From Phycisphaerae bacterium (lineage in GTDB: Bacteria > Planctomycetota > Phycisphaerae > UBA1845), in NCBI GenBank assembly GCA_963666835.2, contig CAXXGO010000006.1, positions 2,240,001 through 2,304,000 of the forward strand: a DNA stretch of 64,000 nt, given 5' to 3'. Each line of letters begins with the position of its first letter. The first letter of the stretch is position 1. Below, one piece after another: positions 1 through 8,577 of this stretch. Position numbers and translations under genes: made by a program. Below the pieces are notes generated by a model. That model had not been told where the DNA came from, did not search any database, and saw nothing but the letters and a program-made list of their open reading frames with translations.

Positions 1-14
1 CACGGGCTCTGGCA

Positions 15-1115
15 TTGTTTACACGTGTGCTGGAAAGCGAAGACGACAAGGTGCAGCGATTATCTGCCGCCAGCAGTTTGGCACAATGGAACGTACGTAG
101 GGGGGCTGCGGAGCTGGTGGAGCTTCTCGACTGTAGCGAGGTGCTCCCTGGACCCACACGAAGGCAGTATGTTTGGGACAGCGCCCTTGATTTGTTTCTC
201 ACGAAGAACGAGCACAAGGGATGGGGGTTTCCGGCAAAGGCGATTAGAGAAAAGATCTCAGCCAGGGCAGCCCTGAATGAGCACGAGAAGTTACAGCTCT
301 ACATCGCGGAGATCAAGAAGTGGTTCACAGCGAACGAGCAGCGTTTTCCGGAGTGGAAACTCGGTGACCCACTGCCTGCGGCGCCGGAGTTACCACCGAT
401 TCCCCCTGGGCCGGAAAGCACGTTACCGCTGAGCGCGGATTTCACACCGCGCCCGACAGTCTGGACAGTGGGCGAGACAGGGGAGGAAGAACTTCTCTGG
501 AAAGGCGAGCGCTATAGGGCGGCGGAGGGAGTCGATCTTCTCATGAATGTCGCCCTGGAACCCGGTAGCGTGAAGGATCGGGCTGTTGCTCTTCGCCGCC
601 TGGAGAGGTTTGCAGGCCGCCTGAGAAATACAGAACGTATCGCTCAACTGTTGGAGCTGTACGAACGACTGTCGGAGCGGTCGGAGAGAGTTGCTGCTCT
701 GTTCTGCTTGGCCTATAGCGCAGATCCGCGAGCGCTCCCTCTGTTTGCAGAAACGCTGGCCAAGGATGATGGAGAGGATCTCCGCCTTCCGGCTGCGTAC
801 GGGCTGGCAGTGTGGAATGTGCGTTACGGGGTCGGTGAGCTTATAGAACTGCTGTCAGTAGCAAAGACGAGGGAAACCGCGATTTTGCTTAGGCAGCTCA
901 ATCAAGGGAAGTCGTGGTGGATGCCGGAGTCGGACCTTTTTGCCATCGCTCGTGTCCCCAACAGAGCGGAGAATGATGCGTTTGATGCGAGCTATGCGGA
1001 ATTGAAGAAGTGGTTCGCGGAGAACGAGCACCGCTTCCCGGAGTGGAAACTCGGCGACCCATTGCCGAAGGTGACGGAGAAAGAACCGGAGACGCAAGGA
1101 TCGGCGACCGAGTGA
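15..1115 (+). CDS. HEAT-like repeat protein with internal duplication, probably 5'-truncated by window edge; immunity candidate for an upstream module
   Basis: Two copies of LAxWNVRxGxxELxELL...AExKKWFxxNExRFPEWKLGDPLP; helical HEAT-like motifs (ERVAALFCLAYSADPRALPLFAETL); frame is open to the window start. Confidence 0.6.
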   Translation: MFTRVLESEDDKVQRLSAASSLAQWNVRRGAAELVELLDCSEVLPGPTRRQYVWDSALDLFLTKNEHKGWGFPAKAIREKISARAALNEHEKLQLYIAEIKKWFTANEQRFPEWKLGDPLPAAPELPPIPPGPESTLPLSADFTPRPTVWTVGETGEEELLWKGERYRAAEGVDLLMNVALEPGSVKDRAVALRRLERFAGRLRNTERIAQLLELYERLSERSERVAALFCLAYSADPRALPLFAETLAKDDGEDLRLPAAYGLAVWNVRYGVGELIELLSVAKTRETAILLRQLNQGKSWWMPESDLFAIARVPNRAENDAFDASYAELKKWFAENEHRFPEWKLGDPLPKVTEKEPETQGSATE

Positions 1116-1216
1116 ATCGATACCCGGCCACGCGGTGCCGGCGACTGGCCCGCCAGTATAGAGGCTCGAGGGATCTGGCGTGGCGTGACCGATTGTAGAC
1201 GTTGACTTATTGCTAC

Positions 1217-1783
1217 CCCGCGGCACCGGGCGGGTGATTCCGTTCGGCGCCGCGGGTGGTTTGCGCGATGCCCGGTGACAGTTCGCGGGCAGTGGCGGAT
1301 GTCTTTTGGCTTCCGTTGTGCCCGGGCCGGGAGTGTTGTGAAGGCGAGACCACGTGCTGCGCGGTGGGCGACGTTTGCTGCGGCGACGAATGTTGTGATG
1401 AGGATCGTTGTTGCGGAAACGGGGAGTGTTGCGCGGAGGAGTGTGAGGAGTGCCTGGACAACGGGACGCTGTCGGGCGGAACGGTCACTGTGGTGCCGCA
1501 GGTAGTGTGCATCGGGCAGACGATCACCTTTACCGTCGACGGCGTGGTCGATAGCGGCGGTCTGAAGCGGGTTGATTGCTCCAGCACCATCGACCTTCCG
1601 GCCGTGGAGCCGAGCTACACGTGGGTGATCACGAAGCCGGACTCGACCACGGAAAGCGGCTCGGGTGCGTCGGCCAACGTCACAGCCGACCAGGCCGGAG
1701 TCTATTCGTGCATCTTCACGGCCACCGCCAACCGCGACTGCCCGCCGGCGGATCGAGACATCGGCCCGGCGACCGGCACGGCG
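1217..1783 (+). repeat. Cassette head repeat copy 1 (hairpin + Cys-rich + Ig-like segment)
   Basis: Near-identical DNA to 5894-6456, 9727-10290 and 19234-19798; homology ends at the codons for PAxGTA. Confidence 0.95.
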
Positions 1784-2455
1784 GATGGCGCGTATCTGGA
1801 CTTGACAATGCCAAACCCTGGAGCGGTTTTGACGCTGGGGAACGATCTCCTGGTTGAGTATGAGGTCGGGCCGTCCAACGGCAGTGGATTCGATTCTGTC
1901 GAACTGGAGATCAGCAACGCCTTCGGTAACCAAGTGTTCGTGTTGGACGGTCTACCATCCACGCCCGGGAATCACTCGGTGGTCTGGGCCGACGGACGTT
2001 GGAACGTGACCTACCCGGGAACGTTCGCAAACCCGAACAACGGGCCTTACGAAATCAAGCTCATCGGGCAGCAGAGCATCTGTCCCGACGACGAGGCGTC
2101 AACATCGGTATTTACGGAACTCGTAATCGAGGCGGACGTCAAAGATGACATGCCCGGTGGCGCGACGGCAACTCGCAGCGCCGGCTTGGATGACATGCTC
2201 GATGCGCTCGAGATCGTGATGAAGCTGGGGACGGTTGAGACGATAATCTCCGGCCCCGCGGGGATTACCGTAACAGGGCCAGACTCGGCCGACAAGCATG
2301 TTAGGGCTGATGCCCCCGTCCTCAATACGCTTCAGGACGGAGCCTACGACGTGTTGTTCCGCAATCTCCGCGACGAGATCGGCAACTTCGCCGACAGCGA
2401 CGGAAACGCGAGCAATGGAATACAGCCAATAACCTTCACATTGGAGCTACGCTGA
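1256..2455 (+). CDS. Polymorphic module 1: Cys-rich head + FlgD-like Ig + bacterial Ig-like C-terminus (start uncertain)
   Basis: CC-doublet head; VELEISNAFGNQV...WNVTYPG...GPYEIKL (FlgD-Ig-like); LQDGAYDV...RDEIGN (Big-like); TGATG overlap with next gene. Confidence 0.65.
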   Translation: MVCAMPGDSSRAVADVFWLPLCPGRECCEGETTCCAVGDVCCGDECCDEDRCCGNGECCAEECEECLDNGTLSGGTVTVVPQVVCIGQTITFTVDGVVDSGGLKRVDCSSTIDLPAVEPSYTWVITKPDSTTESGSGASANVTADQAGVYSCIFTATANRDCPPADRDIGPATGTADGAYLDLTMPNPGAVLTLGNDLLVEYEVGPSNGSGFDSVELEISNAFGNQVFVLDGLPSTPGNHSVVWADGRWNVTYPGTFANPNNGPYEIKLIGQQSICPDDEASTSVFTELVIEADVKDDMPGGATATRSAGLDDMLDALEIVMKLGTVETIISGPAGITVTGPDSADKHVRADAPVLNTLQDGAYDVLFRNLRDEIGNFADSDGNASNGIQPITFTLELR

Positions 2456-4104
2456 TGACGGTGATCAAGAAACGCGCGATCAACATCCGTTCGTCGCGGA
2501 TAATGCGTCGAACACCCCTGGTCCTCTCCATCGCGGCATGCCTCTCTGCCGCGACATGCGACAGGAATGGGCCAAAGACTGAAGCACGGCCCGGGTCCGA
2601 AACCAAGGCGCCGGCCGCACATCCCGAACACCAGGCGTTTCACCACGAGATGACCGAAGCCTATGAGCGTGCAGAGTATACGCGGGCACGAGAGCTTGCT
2701 CGCGAGCATCTGACGCGAGACCGTGAGAGGTGGCTTACCGCCAAGTCGGACAGCGATCGCAATGGGGTGTGGGTGCGGATTCTGGCCGTTCTGAGGTCGA
2801 TGCTGGATTCGGAGCGGTCACTCCCACCGGAAGAGAGGTTCGGGGCTGATCCGGTCCTCACCGGGTTAGTACATGATCTGGTCCTTCAACTCCGAGAGCC
2901 CTCTCGGGCGATCATCGCTCGCGAACCCGAGCGAATGAGAATCATGAAGACGATGTACCATGCGGTAGTACGGGATTGGTTGTTGGTTCGCGCGGAGTGT
3001 GTACCGCGCGTCCAATGGGAAGACTTGTATGCTACATTCCAATCGGAACTGCGTGAGCAGGGATTCGACTCCGCCGACGCGATACTGGCGTGCTCTAACT
3101 CGAGCAGTCCAAAGAACCGTTCGGCGTTGGCCAAGCGTCAAGTCGAAACCGCACGCGGCCCCGTGCCTTCCGCTCCTCAGCATACTGCAGGGTCCGCCGC
3201 CGAAGACGCTCATTCTAGGCGCAGAGTGTTCTGCTACGATGTTAACGATGCCTATGCGCGTGGCGACTATGCGTTAGCTCGCACGTTGGCGCGCCGCCAC
3301 TTGGACCGAAACCGGCAGACTCTGAAGACTGCGAAGTCCGATACGCACCGGGAAGGGGCTTGGCGGAGGATACTCACAGTCACCAGTGCGGTCCTTCACC
3401 ACGAAGAGAAGGCTCCGCGTGCGGAATCGATGGTCAACGACCCTGAGTTTGCCGCAGCGTTGGAGGCGTCACTTCTTGAGATCCGCACGCCTGCGCGCGC
3501 GTTCATTGCCCGGAATCCGGCCCGAACCAAGTTCCTTCACGTGTCCCTTTGTGAAGCTGCGAGAATGTTGCTTGTCCTTCGTGCCGATATGCTGTCACGC
3601 AGTGAATCGGAGGAGCTGTTCTCCACGTTTGGACCGGAGTTGCTTGTGCAGGGTTTCGACCGGCTCGATGCCGTTCTCGCGGCAGAACCACCGGCACCCG
3701 CGCCGGGAGAGAAGATTCGAACCGTCAGCCAACCCGAAGCGGATCGAATTGTCGAGTCGATTCGGCAGTTCTACCGGGGAATGGCCACCAAGAACACCAG
3801 GCTGCTTGGATTGGCAACCGGTCTGCCGCCCGGCGAGTGCGAGGTGTTCCTTGAAGCCTTACGTGCTGAGTTACAGGAGGACGGCTACGTCGACCTCAAG
3901 AGCTTCTCGATCCCCGCGTTACGGAGCGCGGACGTTCTCCTGCGAGAGGCTCCGCGGCAGCCTGACACCTATTCGCTCACAATAGAGGACGTGACCTTCA
4001 CGATGGAGCTTCCGGATGGGCGGCATGTCACGCGGGTTACGAAGAAACTGTTCATGATACGGCTCAACCGTGGCGGGGAATGGACAATCTTGCCACCGAA
4101 GTAG
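2455..4104 (+). CDS. Exported helical protein with internal duplication and possible NTF2-like C-terminal domain (immunity/accessory candidate)
   Basis: Hydrophobic N-terminus LVLSIAACLSAATC (lipoprotein-like); duplicated AYxRxxYxxARxLARxHLxRxR...TAKSD and TFxxELxxQGFDxxDAxLA; translationally coupled to module 1. Confidence 0.6.
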   Translation: MTVIKKRAINIRSSRIMRRTPLVLSIAACLSAATCDRNGPKTEARPGSETKAPAAHPEHQAFHHEMTEAYERAEYTRARELAREHLTRDRERWLTAKSDSDRNGVWVRILAVLRSMLDSERSLPPEERFGADPVLTGLVHDLVLQLREPSRAIIAREPERMRIMKTMYHAVVRDWLLVRAECVPRVQWEDLYATFQSELREQGFDSADAILACSNSSSPKNRSALAKRQVETARGPVPSAPQHTAGSAAEDAHSRRRVFCYDVNDAYARGDYALARTLARRHLDRNRQTLKTAKSDTHREGAWRRILTVTSAVLHHEEKAPRAESMVNDPEFAAALEASLLEIRTPARAFIARNPARTKFLHVSLCEAARMLLVLRADMLSRSESEELFSTFGPELLVQGFDRLDAVLAAEPPAPAPGEKIRTVSQPEADRIVESIRQFYRGMATKNTRLLGLATGLPPGECEVFLEALRAELQEDGYVDLKSFSIPALRSADVLLREAPRQPDTYSLTIEDVTFTMELPDGRHVTRVTKKLFMIRLNRGGEWTILPPK

Positions 4105-4118
4105 AGAGGAGCGTACTA

Positions 4119-5738
4119 ATGACCGCAACAGAACAGCGATGTACGACGCGCGGCAGACGGTGTGGTTGGCTGGGCCTTCCGATAGCACTGTGCCTTTCGG
4201 TTCAGGTCTATGGGGCCACCTATACCGTTACGGGGATTCTCCACACAACCGACGGCCCGAATCCGGAAGTTAACGATGTTCCGGCAAGGTACATCAGGGT
4301 CATCGTCATGGATAAGGACGTTATCTTCGATGACGAGAAGGGAAGAGGGTACACCGGGCTGATCGGCCAGTTCTCGATTACGTTTACCGCTTCGGAGGCA
4401 CCTGATGTCTACATCAACGTCGAGCATGTCGGAATCGGCGTGGGCGGACACCTGGTTGAAGTGCGAACGGACATTGCCGACCCGGCGCCGATTCTCCTGG
4501 AGAACATCGAGGGGATTGTTCATTGGGATATTCCAGCAGGTACGTTGGGGTTAGGTACGTTACGCCTGAGCAATACACATCCCAACATCATAAACCAGAT
4601 GGGTGATGCTGTGCGGTTCCTTGAATCGCACGGGGGGTGGACCATGCCAGAAGATGTCGATGTACAGGCCCCGACGAACTCCGGAGGAAGTGCAGTGGCT
4701 GGTGATGCTTCATACGTGGAGATCTCCGCAGATGACTACGATCATCCGGGCTTTGGTGACGGAGCGTTGTCCAACATACATCATGAGGTGTTTCATTGGG
4801 CGGCATATCGGGCCTACGGCAATAGATGGCCGGCTCCTCCTTGTGACCCACCTGAGCACTATTCCGACACCGAGTCCTGCGAGGCATTTGCGATAATGGA
4901 GGGATCGGCCGAGTACTTTCAGACGATCTCGGCGGAGCCGGATAACATGAACATCCCACCCGGTCCCGAAGTATGGCGGGGTGAGGATGGGACCGGGCAT
5001 GATCACTCGGGCGAGATAGTCGAAGGTGCTTGCGCCTCAGTCATGTTGTCAGTAGCCGACGAACCTGGCGTCCTGGCTGTCCTCCTGAGCGATGCCCCCG
5101 ACTCCATCAGAGAGTTCAAGGACGGATACGTCGCTGACAAAGGGATGACTTCCGTAGCAGTCCGCGACTTCCTAGACCACTGCGCCGCCAACGGTATCGT
5201 ATATACACGAGGTAGGATCGGTGGTTTCGCTCCGGGCGACCCGCCGGACGTGGGTCCGCCTTCTGCGGGGAATCACAAGACGATTGACAACATTGTGTTT
5301 GTCCGCGGTGAGATTGAGCCCTCCATAGTCCAGTTGCCTGCGGGGGACCTTCGCCTTGCGGTCGGTTCCGCGACGATTGCCGCGGACCGGAAGGAGCTGG
5401 GTATCAAGCCGGCACTGCCGGGCCTTGCCGAGGCCAACGCTGGCGGATTCTCTTTCCTCGGTTCGGTGGGCTTTTCGTCACCCTTGATCTGGGACACAAC
5501 AGGTCACGCCGACGGCGACTACGACATCATCGCCCGCGCGCGGAACATCCACGGTTGGGTCGACACCTTTGACCCTGATTTCACCGGTGATTCTCATACT
5601 GCAACGGACTCGACCGAGAAGTGGCTTAAGACGTTGCAGACTTGGTACAACCAGGATGCTGTGCCTGATAACGACGATGAAGGGAAGGTGATTGTCGACA
5701 ACACAGCGCCGACCGTAACGGGGTTTCAACCGCTCTAG
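4119..5738 (+). CDS. Secreted zincin metallopeptidase (HExxH) with Ig-like C-terminal region
   Basis: GAGGAG RBS before ATG 4119; signal peptide LGLPIALCLSVQVYGA; HHEVFHW...MEGSAEYF gluzincin-like motifs; ends VIVDNTAPTVTGFQPL. Confidence 0.75.
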   Translation: MTATEQRCTTRGRRCGWLGLPIALCLSVQVYGATYTVTGILHTTDGPNPEVNDVPARYIRVIVMDKDVIFDDEKGRGYTGLIGQFSITFTASEAPDVYINVEHVGIGVGGHLVEVRTDIADPAPILLENIEGIVHWDIPAGTLGLGTLRLSNTHPNIINQMGDAVRFLESHGGWTMPEDVDVQAPTNSGGSAVAGDASYVEISADDYDHPGFGDGALSNIHHEVFHWAAYRAYGNRWPAPPCDPPEHYSDTESCEAFAIMEGSAEYFQTISAEPDNMNIPPGPEVWRGEDGTGHDHSGEIVEGACASVMLSVADEPGVLAVLLSDAPDSIREFKDGYVADKGMTSVAVRDFLDHCAANGIVYTRGRIGGFAPGDPPDVGPPSAGNHKTIDNIVFVRGEIEPSIVQLPAGDLRLAVGSATIAADRKELGIKPALPGLAEANAGGFSFLGSVGFSSPLIWDTTGHADGDYDIIARARNIHGWVDTFDPDFTGDSHTATDSTEKWLKTLQTWYNQDAVPDNDDEGKVIVDNTAPTVTGFQPL

Positions 5739-5893
5739 AAGGCTGGAATCGGGCTGGGAAGGAGTAAGAAGGGCTGAGAATCCCTGTTAGTGCGGTTTGG
5801 GGGTAGGATAGCCACGCCGCCGCTGACGGTTCGGATGCAAGAGGACGCAGAACGCGTACTGGTCACTATAGCCGCTAATCTAATGCCGCTCCT

Positions 5894-6456
5894 CGGCACC
5901 GGGCGGGTCACTCCGTTCGGTGCCGCGGGTGGTTTGCGCGATGCCCGGTGACAGTTCGCGGGCAGTGGCGGATGTCTTCTGGCTTCCGTTGTGCCCGGGC
6001 CGGGAGTGCTGTGAAGGCGAAACCGTGTGCTGCGCGGTGGGCGACGTTTGTTGCGGCGACGAATGTTGTGATCCGGAACGTTGTTGCGGGAACGGGGAGT
6101 GTTGCGCGGAGGAGTGTGAGGAGTGCCTGGACAACGGGTCGCTGTCGGGCGGAGCGGTAAGTGTGGTGCCGCAGGTCGTGTGCATTGGGCAGACGATCAC
6201 CTTTACCGTCGACGGCGTGGTCGATAGCGGCGGTCTGAAGCGGGTTGATTGCTCCAGCACCATCGACCTTCCGGCCGTGGAGCCGAGCTACACGTGGGTC
6301 ATCACGAAGCCGGACTCGACCACGGACAGCGGCTCGGGTGCGTCGGCCAACGTCACAACCGACCAGGCCGGAGTCTACTCATGCACCTTCACGGCCACCG
6401 CCAACCGCGACTGCCCCCCGGCGGATCTCGAACTCGCCCCGGCGATCGGCACGGCG
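5894..6456 (+). repeat. Cassette head repeat copy 2
   Basis: Near-identical to copies 1, 3 and 4. Confidence 0.95.
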
Positions 6457-8559
6457 ATTGAACTCCTATTGGACGCTCCGCCGGTTTCCTATTTGCCGGA
6501 GAACGGGAACACGGTGCAGTTGACGGCGACGATCGACGGAGGCACGGCCACGGACCGGATTCGGTTCGAGCTTCTTCAGGTCAGCGATTTCCCCGGCGAT
6601 GCCATGAATCACGGGACGCAATCCGGTGCGGATCCGGACTTCAAGTTCGAATCTGCCGGGAACCCGGGCTTCACCATCTCGTCTAATCAGTTGACGGCCA
6701 CGACGAACGCGGCTGTGGCCGGCGCCACGGTGACGATCAGCGCTTATGACTATGGGGCGAGGGCGAAGATCAAGGCTACGTTGGTGAATCTGGGCTGTGA
6801 GTCGGATGAGCGTGATATACCCCAAGATACGGACGGCGATTGGCTGCCCGATGCGTATGAGAACCTCCAGGCGGACAAGGACTCCGCTAGTGCCGATACG
6901 GACGGCGACGGTGTCCCGGACGGGGAGGAGGACGATGATCCTGAGCGCCCGGTATTGGCCAACGCAGGGCCGGATTCGTATCCCGGTGCCCGGACCGACC
7001 AGGGGCTGACCGGCGATGGCCTCGTCGCGTTCGAGGAGTATCGCGGGTTCTTCATCATGGGAACGCATACCCGGACAACGACGGAGACGAAGGATGTTTT
7101 TGTGGGGGTGGATGCTGCTCCGCCGAACGACATCTCCGTTCACCTCGGCTTTCTAACGAACCTGACCGGATTCGATATCCACGAGATCCAAGTTGCCACG
7201 CCACCTGCGGAATGGGCTGGAGCAGGGACTCGTTTCGTAAACTCGCAACGCGCTGGCATTCCGGGCGCAACGGATCAGCGTGCCCTTCGGGTAGTCCGGA
7301 ACGATACGCTTCAGGATGCTGCTGGGAATCCGTCTTTCGGCATAACCAATGAAATCCCCGGACAGTTGACGGTACAGTCGCCCAACGAAACGGATTATAT
7401 CGAGGTCAATGTGCAGTACCACTACTCCGGCCTGTATGGAACATTGCCGGGTACGGACGGAGTCTACGGCACGCCCGATGACACCACGCGGGCGCTGACA
7501 GCAGCCGAAGCCAATGACGCCCTCCGAGAGACCGTTGGGCATGAATGCGGACACGGCGTCCATATTGAACACAACTGGATTGTCGGAGATGAGCATCAGT
7601 TCGCCGAAGGACACGGCGAACCGGATTCGAACAACATCACAACCGGGCCGGACGGAGTCTGCGACACCGCGGCCGTCGGGAACGACGTACAGTTGATCCC
7701 GGTTGGGCAGGGGACGCCGGGTTCGGTCATTATCACAGACGGCGGTGACGGCCTCGATGCCGGAACACTCCTGTTCTTCGATGACATTATTGTCGGAGAT
7801 AATGTCGTTTCGGGGCCGGATGGTATTGCTCAATCCACGGCAGGTGCCAACGATGTGCAAGCGATTCCGGTCGGGCAAGGCTCCCCAAACACCGTCATCA
7901 TCACGGACGGAGGTGATGGTATCGACTCAGGAACGCTGGTTCAGGGGGACGACGTAATCAATGGAAACACCGTTACTTCGGGCCCGGACGGCGTTGCGCA
8001 GTCCACTGCGAGTGGCAACGACGTGCAGGTGATCCTGGTAGGACATGGATCGCCAGGCTCGATCATCGTTACGGGCGGCAGCGACGGGGTCAACTTGGGG
8101 ACGAACGTTCTGGGAGATGATCTCGTCGCAGGAAACACTGTCATTTCTGGCCCTGATGGCATCGCTCAGTCGACGGCCGGCGGCAACGATGTGCAAGCGA
8201 TTCCGGTTGGGCAGGGTCTGCCGAATCAACCAGCGGTGTCAACGGGAGCGGATGGGATCTCCGATTCGGTTGGGGCCGGCGATGACGTTCAACGGATTCC
8301 TTTGGGAAACGGCGAGCCCTACGCGATCGGGATCACGGCCGGCCCGGACGGCGTTTTGCAGGCAACCCCGTGGGGTGACGATACGGTCATTGCCCTGCCG
8401 GCGATAACCACGGGACCGGATGGCATTCTCGATACATACTCGGATGCCCCGGCGTACGGGGTTCCGAGCATCATGACGTCCGACCTGTTATTGCCGATTC
8501 CCAATACGTACAAGAGTGATGAACTTGACCAGGTACGTTTTCATTTGAAGCATCCATAG
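5920..8559 (+). CDS. Polymorphic module 2: Cys-rich head + Ig + DxDxD Ca-binding repeats + metzincin-like protease with repeat insertion
   Basis: DTDGDWLPDAYE, DTDGDGVPDGEE; GDGLVAFEEYRGF; HECGHGVHIEH (7540-7572); SIM Met-turn-like motif (~8467-8475). Confidence 0.75.
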   Translation: MPRVVCAMPGDSSRAVADVFWLPLCPGRECCEGETVCCAVGDVCCGDECCDPERCCGNGECCAEECEECLDNGSLSGGAVSVVPQVVCIGQTITFTVDGVVDSGGLKRVDCSSTIDLPAVEPSYTWVITKPDSTTDSGSGASANVTTDQAGVYSCTFTATANRDCPPADLELAPAIGTAIELLLDAPPVSYLPENGNTVQLTATIDGGTATDRIRFELLQVSDFPGDAMNHGTQSGADPDFKFESAGNPGFTISSNQLTATTNAAVAGATVTISAYDYGARAKIKATLVNLGCESDERDIPQDTDGDWLPDAYENLQADKDSASADTDGDGVPDGEEDDDPERPVLANAGPDSYPGARTDQGLTGDGLVAFEEYRGFFIMGTHTRTTTETKDVFVGVDAAPPNDISVHLGFLTNLTGFDIHEIQVATPPAEWAGAGTRFVNSQRAGIPGATDQRALRVVRNDTLQDAAGNPSFGITNEIPGQLTVQSPNETDYIEVNVQYHYSGLYGTLPGTDGVYGTPDDTTRALTAAEANDALRETVGHECGHGVHIEHNWIVGDEHQFAEGHGEPDSNNITTGPDGVCDTAAVGNDVQLIPVGQGTPGSVIITDGGDGLDAGTLLFFDDIIVGDNVVSGPDGIAQSTAGANDVQAIPVGQGSPNTVIITDGGDGIDSGTLVQGDDVINGNTVTSGPDGVAQSTASGNDVQVILVGHGSPGSIIVTGGSDGVNLGTNVLGDDLVAGNTVISGPDGIAQSTAGGNDVQAIPVGQGLPNQPAVSTGADGISDSVGAGDDVQRIPLGNGEPYAIGITAGPDGVLQATPWGDDTVIALPAITTGPDGILDTYSDAPAYGVPSIMTSDLLLPIPNTYKSDELDQVRFHLKHP
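7636..8430 (+). repeat. Intragenic 56-aa (168-nt) tandem repeats GPDG...NDVQxIPVGxG
   Basis: GPDG codons at 7645, 7813, 7981 and 8149 (168-nt period), followed by shorter units. Confidence 0.9.
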
Positions 8560-8577
8560 AAGTTAGGAGTCACTAGC

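Noticed and set aside
1268..1460. Cys-rich head as a RiPP precursor for the radical SAM gene, or a standalone metallothionein
   Set aside because: It is fused in frame to large Ig/enzyme regions, and the radical SAM gene lies ~30 kb from the nearest head inside the EPS operon
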